64,000 bases of DNA, taken from positions 2,656,001 through 2,720,000 of the forward strand of contig OZ251518.1 of the NCBI GenBank assembly GCA_965242965.1, in the 5' to 3' direction. Positions 58,342 through 64,000 of the stretch are shown here, piece after piece; position 1 is the first letter of the stretch; each line of letters opens with the position of its first letter. The notes under the pieces are model-generated. The model made no database searches. It was not told the DNA's origin and was given only the letters and a program-made list of their open reading frames with translations. This DNA comes from Candidatus Poribacteria bacterium. Its GTDB lineage: Bacteria > Poribacteria > WGA-4E > WGA-3G. A program made the translations under genes and the position numbers.

Positions 58342-59166
58342 GTGCCAAAACGCAGAGTCCTCATCACAGGAGCCGCCGGCTATATCGCCGGACGGATGCT
58401 CCCCGAATTTCGTGAACGCTACGAACTTGTCCTCATCGACGTGAAAACTACGAACCGACAAGACGAAGAAGTCAAAGGCGTTCAAATTGCCGAACTGACG
58501 AACCCTAACCGAGAACGCTACCGCCACCATTTCAACGGCGTTGATGCTGTCGTGCATTGCGCCTTCAAAGGCGGCAGTTTTGAGAACGAACTTGCCAACA
58601 TTCAGATGGCATATAATATCTACCAGACCTGCGTGGAAACCGAGGTTCGCCGCGTCGTCGTCTGTAGTTCCAATCACGCCGCCGACTATTATGAACGTCT
58701 CATCTGGGCAGATAAGTGGGATGTCGTCACGCCAGAGATGCGGCCGCTGTCCGATAACTTCTACGGATGGGCAAAAGAGGCGTATGAGCACCTCGGCTTC
58801 GTCTTCGCCACCGGACACGTCGATGGGAAGAAACTCCAGAATGTGCAGTTGCGCATCGGCGGGCCTCGCGAAACTGATATGGCGAACGCCTCTGCTGACG
58901 ATTTAAAGGCTATGCACCGCGGACTCGGCGCATATCTGAGCGTCCGGGACCAGGTCCAACTCTTCGTCAAGAGTATTGAGACAGAGAATATCGAGGACGA
59001 AAACGGGATTCCGTTCCAGATCTTCTACGGCATCAGCGACAATTCGCATAAATTCTGGAGCATCGCTAATGCACGCAAAGTCATCGGCTATGCACCGGAA
59101 GACGACAGCCAACGCCGATTCGCCGATAGACTGGCAGAAGTATTGGCACAAGCAAAAACCGAATAG
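58342..59166 (+). CDS. NAD-dependent epimerase/dehydrogenase (uronate dehydrogenase-like SDR)
   Basis: LITGAAGYI, SSNHA, YGWAK, LRIG; AGGAGG RBS before GTG. Confidence 0.8.
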   Translation: MPKRRVLITGAAGYIAGRMLPEFRERYELVLIDVKTTNRQDEEVKGVQIAELTNPNRERYRHHFNGVDAVVHCAFKGGSFENELANIQMAYNIYQTCVETEVRRVVVCSSNHAADYYERLIWADKWDVVTPEMRPLSDNFYGWAKEAYEHLGFVFATGHVDGKKLQNVQLRIGGPRETDMANASADDLKAMHRGLGAYLSVRDQVQLFVKSIETENIEDENGIPFQIFYGISDNSHKFWSIANARKVIGYAPEDDSQRRFADRLAEVLAQAKTE

Positions 59167-59357
59167 CCGCGCGCCAATCTTTTTTGTTGACAACGTTTCC
59201 TGTCTGCGGTAAGATAACGATTGAAAACGGAGTCATTGACAACGTTGATGAATCTGATGACATCTCTAGTCAGAATACGTCAGGTATACCCTTCCAAAGG
59301 GGGTTAATACCTCATTGCACAAAAGAGATGATTAAACGCTTTACGAACGAGGGAAAC

Positions 59358-60107
59358 ATGAAATTTGCACGATACACATTGAACGAAACTATCGGTTACG
59401 GGCTCGTTGAAGGCGATGCCTTGCGCGTGCTATCGGGATGCCCGTTTTCGGATTATGAAGAAACCGGCGATACCGTTGCGCTAGCCGATGTCCAACTGCT
59501 CGCGCCGACAGTTCCCACGAAAGTCCTCGCGGTTGGCCTGAATTACCGCAGCCACTTAGGGGGGCAGCCCGAACCGCAAAACCCAGAAATCTTCATCAAA
59601 ACGCCTTCGTGTATCAACAACCCTGGCGGTGAGATTGTCTTACCCGCCGGCGATGATGACGTGCACGCCGAAGGCGAACTCGTCGTTATCATGAAGAAGC
59701 AGACGCGAAAGGCAACGCCGGAAGAAGCCGCCGCCAACATCTTAGGCGTAACCTGCGGTAACGATGTCAGCGCGAGGACTTGGCAGAGCGATGACCTGCA
59801 GTGGTGGCGCGCCAAAGCCTCTGATACGTTCGGCCCCGTGGGGCCCTTCATCGCAACCGATATCGACTACACGAACGCGCAATTGGAGACGCGCATCAAC
59901 GGCACCGTTGTGCAAGCGCAGACAACCGCAGACCTGATTTTCCCGGTAACGACGATTATCAGTTTCATTTCACAAGCGATAACGCTGGAGCCCGGCGACG
60001 CAGTCTTCACCGGAACACCGGGCACTACCAGCGCGTTGAAAGCCGGTGATGTCGTCGAAATTGAGATTGAAGGCATCGGCGTGTTGCGGAATCCTGTTGT
60101 TGGCTAA
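59358..60107 (+). CDS. fumarylacetoacetate hydrolase family protein
   Basis: VGLNY.SH, EGEL, GNDVSAR, AKASDTFGP.GP, TLEPGD..TGTP. Confidence 0.9.
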   Translation: MKFARYTLNETIGYGLVEGDALRVLSGCPFSDYEETGDTVALADVQLLAPTVPTKVLAVGLNYRSHLGGQPEPQNPEIFIKTPSCINNPGGEIVLPAGDDDVHAEGELVVIMKKQTRKATPEEAAANILGVTCGNDVSARTWQSDDLQWWRAKASDTFGPVGPFIATDIDYTNAQLETRINGTVVQAQTTADLIFPVTTIISFISQAITLEPGDAVFTGTPGTTSALKAGDVVEIEIEGIGVLRNPVVG

Positions 60108-60238
60108 TGTTTTCGGACTACGGGCTCGGCGGTTCTGTGGTGCGGAAGCCTGCTGATACCAAAAAGCGCGGACGAGGGAGTGTTCCTCTTCCGCGCTTTT
60201 TTCTCTCCAATTAAAATCCGAGGTGTGCTAGAGTAAAT

Positions 60239-60572
60239 TGAGGGGGTTTCATAAATCGCGCAACGTCGCGGGGGAAACCCGCTCGGATGCGCGTGCGGCA
60301 TCCGAGGGGCCCCGTGCTACGGTATCGGGAGGGTTCTTCGTCGAAAAACGGCCCCTTCCTTCCGCGTAGGGCGAGGGCCTGTCCCTCGCCATGCCGCACT
60401 CTACCGGAAACTCGCGGGGGACAGGCCCCCGCGCTACGGTACTATGACATTTTCTTGACGGGTCTCTCCTCCGGTGTTGCATCGAGACCAGGAGGTCTCT
60501 CCTACCGGGGAAACGGAATCGTTCGGGTGTCACGAAACCATTTTGACAACAACGAGTTATGAAACACCCTCA
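60239..60572. mobile_element. MITE-like REP cassette with TIRs and 6-bp flanking direct repeat
   Basis: TGAGGGGGTTTCATAA..TTATGAAACACCCTCA; GTAAAT at 60233-60238 and 60573-60578. Confidence 0.65.
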
Positions 60573-60643
60573 GTAAATTACGATTTATTTTTTTTACCTC
60601 TATTCTGCCTCTGTCCTGAAGAACAAAGGAGCAGTAGTGATTC

Positions 60644-61741
60644 ATGATTCGTCCAAAACCCAAAGTCACAGTCGTCGGTAGTTTGAACATCGATCTGGTG
60701 AGCCGCGCCCCTCGGTATCCGCAGCAAGGCGAGACGCTCATCGGCGACGCGTTTGATATCTTCACCGGCGGAAAAGGGTTTAATCAGGCCACCGCCGCGG
60801 CGCGATTAGGCGCGGATGTCACGCTTATCGGCTGCGTCGGCACAGATTCTTTCGGGGAGATGCTCCTCTCGGCAATGGCTGCGGAGCAACTCGATGGAAG
60901 GATAAAGCGCGCCGAAGTAGGCACCGGCGTTGCAACCATCGTCGTTGAACCGAACGGCGAAAATAGCATCATCGTCGTGCCGCGCGCAAATATGACGTTG
61001 ACACCTGCAGATATTGAAGAAGCCGCCCCTTGCATCGCCGAGGCGGATGTGTTGCTCCTGCAATTGGAAACCCCGATTGCCGCATCCGAACGCGCCGCTG
61101 AGATTGCGAAGACGAACGGCACTACCGTGCTGCTCAATCCGGCACCGGCGCAACCTCTACCCGACAGTTTCCTCGCACACATTGACATCATCGTTCCCAA
61201 CGAATCCGAGGCGGCGTTGCTGACAGGCATGCCAGTAACGAATGCAGAAGAAGCCGTATCCGCCGCGCGCCGCTTGATGACTACCGACGCGGCGACAACC
61301 GCCCCCGGTCCCGTAGCGCGAGGGCCTGTCCCTCGCGATGCCGCGCTCGCTGCGACAACCTCCCCTGCTGCCGTAGCGCGAGGGCCTGTCCCTCGCGACC
61401 GTTCGGCGCAAACATCCCCCGGTTCCGTAGCGCGAGGGCCTGTCCCTCGCGATGCCAATTTGGCGAATACCGAAATCCCCGCCATCGTGTTAACACTCGG
61501 TGAAAGCGGCGCATTGTTGCTGACAGCAGAAATATCCGAGGTAATTCCCGCTCTCCCAGTTGACGTAGTCGATACAACGGGCGCGGGGGACGCATTCTGT
61601 GGCGCGCTGGCGACTGCGCTGGCCTCTGGTGAGAGTCCGCGAGAAGCCGTCAGGTTTGCGAATGTAGCGGGTGCGGCGGCCGTCACCACCCTCGGCGCGA
61701 CTCCCTCAATGCCGACGCGCGAAGAATTAAAAAAGATTTGA
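60644..61741 (+). CDS. rbsK: ribokinase with in-frame REP insertion
   Basis: VVGSLNID, GGKGFNQA, LLQLE, NPAPA, PNESEA, DTTGAGDAF. Confidence 0.92.
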   Translation: MIRPKPKVTVVGSLNIDLVSRAPRYPQQGETLIGDAFDIFTGGKGFNQATAAARLGADVTLIGCVGTDSFGEMLLSAMAAEQLDGRIKRAEVGTGVATIVVEPNGENSIIVVPRANMTLTPADIEEAAPCIAEADVLLLQLETPIAASERAAEIAKTNGTTVLLNPAPAQPLPDSFLAHIDIIVPNESEAALLTGMPVTNAEEAVSAARRLMTTDAATTAPGPVARGPVPRDAALAATTSPAAVARGPVPRDRSAQTSPGSVARGPVPRDANLANTEIPAIVLTLGESGALLLTAEISEVIPALPVDVVDTTGAGDAFCGALATALASGESPREAVRFANVAGAAAVTTLGATPSMPTREELKKI

Positions 61742-61766
61742 CAATGTTTGAAAAATAACGTATAAT
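61738..61766 (+). promoter_or_regulatory. consensus sigma70 promoter
   Basis: TTGACA-17nt-TATAAT upstream of era. Confidence 0.75.
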
Positions 61767-61820
61767 ATATGCAACGCGCAGTATAGCAAAATTAGCAACT
61801 TTTTAAAGACAACATCAACT

Positions 61821-62744
61821 ATGAGCCTTCTGAATCATCCAGAAAACTTTGCATCGGGTTACGTCAGCATCATCGGCAGGCCGAACGTCGGCAAATCGAC
61901 GTTGCTCAATACCTTGCTTGGGCAAAAATTAGCCATCGTTACGCCGAAGCCGCAGACGACCCGGCATCAGATCCGCGGCATCGTCACCACCGACGCGCAC
62001 CAAATCATCTTTGTTGACACGCCGGGGCTGATGGAGGTTTCCAAATCCCGGTTGCACACGGAGATGGTGAAAGCCGCTTACAAGGCGTTAGGCGGTGCCG
62101 ATGTGGTGCTTTTCGTCATTGATGTCTCACAACAGCGGAAGGGTGCAGGCGAAGGCAGGGAAAAACAGCTCCTCGCGCGCCTCCGCCGAACGAACGCGCC
62201 GACGATTCTGGCACTTAACAAGATCGATCTGGTTGCAAAAGAGACGCTGCTCCCGATCCTGGAGAGTTACGGTGAGCAGTATCCGTTCGCCGCGATGATA
62301 CCGATTTCCGCACGCACGAAGGACGGCGTTTCACTACTCATGGCGCATGTCCGAGAGGCTTTACCGCCAGGGCCCCTTTATTTTCCGGAAGACCAGGTGA
62401 GCGACTTACCGGAACGATTTTTCATCGCCGAAACCGTGCGCGAGAAAATTCTGTTCCTTACCCAGCGCGAGGTGCCGTATAGCACAGCCGTCGTCGTTGA
62501 GGAATTCCAGCGGCGCGACACCGGGATGATTTACATCCGCGCTATCGTTTACGCAGAACGACAGACACAAAAACAGATTCTCATTGGCAAAGGTGGAACG
62601 CTCATCAAACGCATCGGCGAACAGGCACGGCGCGATATCGAGAAATTTCTCGATGCCCGCGTCTTTTTGGAACTTTACGTCACCGTCAAACCAGACTGGC
62701 GGCAAGACATACGACAACTCAGAGATATCGGCGGAATCCACTGA
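61821..62744 (+). CDS. era: GTPase Era
   Basis: GRPNVGKST, KPQTTR, DTPG, NKID, EVPY, KH-domain ILIGKGG. Confidence 0.96.
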   Translation: MSLLNHPENFASGYVSIIGRPNVGKSTLLNTLLGQKLAIVTPKPQTTRHQIRGIVTTDAHQIIFVDTPGLMEVSKSRLHTEMVKAAYKALGGADVVLFVIDVSQQRKGAGEGREKQLLARLRRTNAPTILALNKIDLVAKETLLPILESYGEQYPFAAMIPISARTKDGVSLLMAHVREALPPGPLYFPEDQVSDLPERFFIAETVREKILFLTQREVPYSTAVVVEEFQRRDTGMIYIRAIVYAERQTQKQILIGKGGTLIKRIGEQARRDIEKFLDARVFLELYVTVKPDWRQDIRQLRDIGGIH

Positions 62745-62888
62745 GTCCAGAGCGCGAGGTAGGAGAAACCTCCTAGTCTCAATTCCCTCCGGTAGGCGAG
62801 ACCTCCCGGTCTCGATGCAATTCCGTAGCGCGAGGGCCTGTCCCTCGCAACAGCACGTCAAAAAACAACGCATTGCGAGAGACAAAAA

Positions 62889-64000
62889 ATGGAAACACAC
62901 GCCACTATTGATATCCACGGCGCAAGAGAACACAACCTAAAAAACATCAATATCCAACTGCCAAAAGAGAAGTTGATTGTCTTCACCGGCGTAAGCGGTT
63001 CCGGCAAATCGTCGCTCGCTATGGATACCCTATACGCGGAAGGGCAACGCCGCTATATTGAATCGCTATCGGCGTATGCCCGGCAGTTTTTGGGGCAGCT
63101 CCATAAACCAGAGGTTGACGAGATTATCGGGCTGTCGCCTTCCATTGCCATCGACCAGGGTTCAACCGGACACAATCCGCGTTCTACCGTTGCTACTGTC
63201 ACAGAAATATACGATTATCTGCGTGTTTTGTATGCCCGCGCGGGGCAATTTCACTGTCCCGAATGCGGACAGCCTGTCGGTTCACAAAGCGCGAGCGATA
63301 TTCAGAACGCCATCCTCAGCCTTCCGCCGCGCACCCGCATCCTCATCTTAGCACCTATCGTGAGAAGGCGGCGCGGGGAACATCGCCTCGCATTCGCTGA
63401 TGCACTGAAAGCTGGCTTCGTGCGCGCCCGGATTGATGGCGACATCCATGAAATCCGCCCCGAAATGTCCCTCAATCCCAATCAACGCCACGACATTGAC
63501 ATCGTCGTTGATAGGATTATTGTCAAGGCGGGGATTGAAGAACGCGTCGCTGAGGCTGTGGAGCAAGGTCTGAAACTTGGTAACGATAGCCTGATTGTTC
63601 ACATCGTTGGTGCGGAATTGCATCGAGACCGGGAGGACGCGCCTACGGTATTGCATCGAGACCAGGAGGTCTCTCCTACCCGAAGAAATCAAAACCAGGG
63701 AGGCGCGCCTACTGAATTGCATCGAGACCGGGAGGTCTCTCCTACCGGCAGAAATCGAGACCGGGGGGGCTCGCCTACTGCAGATGAAACTGGCGAAGAC
63801 AGGCTTTTCAGCACCGAGTATGTTTGTGGGCAGTGCGAGATCAGCTATGAAATTCCCGAACCGCGCCACTTTTCCTATAACACGCCGGAGGGACAATGCC
63901 AGACGTGCAAAGGATTAGGCTCGCAAAAAGGTATTTCTCCTGCACTGATAGTGACAGACGAAACCCTTTCCATCCCAGAGGGTGCGATTGCGTTGTGGGG
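62889..64000 (+). CDS. uvrA: excinuclease ABC subunit A (partial, runs off window)
   Basis: Manual translation from ATG 62889: NNLKNI, TGVSGSGKSSLA, EGQRRYIESLSAYARQF; not in ORF track because it has no stop in window. Confidence 0.95.
   Translation, partial: METHATIDIHGAREHNLKNINIQLPKEKLIVFTGVSGSGKSSLAMDTLYAEGQRRYIESLSAYARQFLGQLHKPEVDEIIGLSPSIAIDQGSTGHNPRSTVATVTEIYDYLRVLYARAGQFHCPECGQPVGSQSASDIQNAILSLPPRTRILILAPIVRRRRGEHRLAFADALKAGFVRARIDGDIHEIRPEMSLNPNQRHDIDIVVDRIIVKAGIEERVAEAVEQGLKLGNDSLIVHIVGAELHRDREDAPTVLHRDQEVSPTRRNQNQGGAPTELHRDREVSPTGRNRDRGGSPTADETGEDRLFSTEYVCGQCEISYEIPEPRHFSYNTPEGQCQTCKGLGSQKGISPALIVTDETLSIPEGAIALW

Noticed and set aside
63058-63918. ORF-track entries 63058..63351, 63348..63896 and 63595..63918
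   Set aside because: Shadow frames of uvrA, which is open from 62889 to the window end
1-64000. RAYT/IS transposase, integrase, tRNA or rRNA genes
   Set aside because: No HUH/DDE/tyrosine-recombinase motifs or RNA gene signatures recognised by eye

Overview
Bacterial chromosomal window, most likely from a Ca. Poribacteria-like organism. This is inferred from secreted cohesin/dockerin, FGE-like and lamin-tail proteins with NYPNPFNPETWIPY / KLTTxWGxLK-type C-termini and very dense GTAG-type palindromic repeats. Core genes: smc, recG, polA, aroC, era, uvrA (partial), comF, ribokinase, ROK kinase, UbiD-family decarboxylase, rhamnose isomerase, GT3-like glycogen synthase. Accessory content: two toxin-antitoxin pairs, a helicase-less type ISP/IIG-like restriction-modification enzyme, a PARIS-like ATPase+DUF4435 pair, an ABC transporter+DUF1854 pair and several secreted proteins. 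Most notable observations: (1) REP palindromes inserted in frame inside uvrA, ribokinase and the R-M enzyme; (2) TIR-bounded cassettes of REP modules, one with a 6-bp flanking duplication; (3) an adjacent cohesin / dockerin-triple-CLec gene pair with DGR-like variable domain tips; (4) long hairpin-rich leaders with uORFs before secreted-protein genes, including a tandemly duplicated unit with an identical 108-nt structured element; (5) a CHAD-ROK-VTC-like candidate polyphosphate cluster. No rRNA, tRNA, CRISPR array, transposase or reverse transcriptase was recognised. All calls come from reading motifs by eye; no searches were run.
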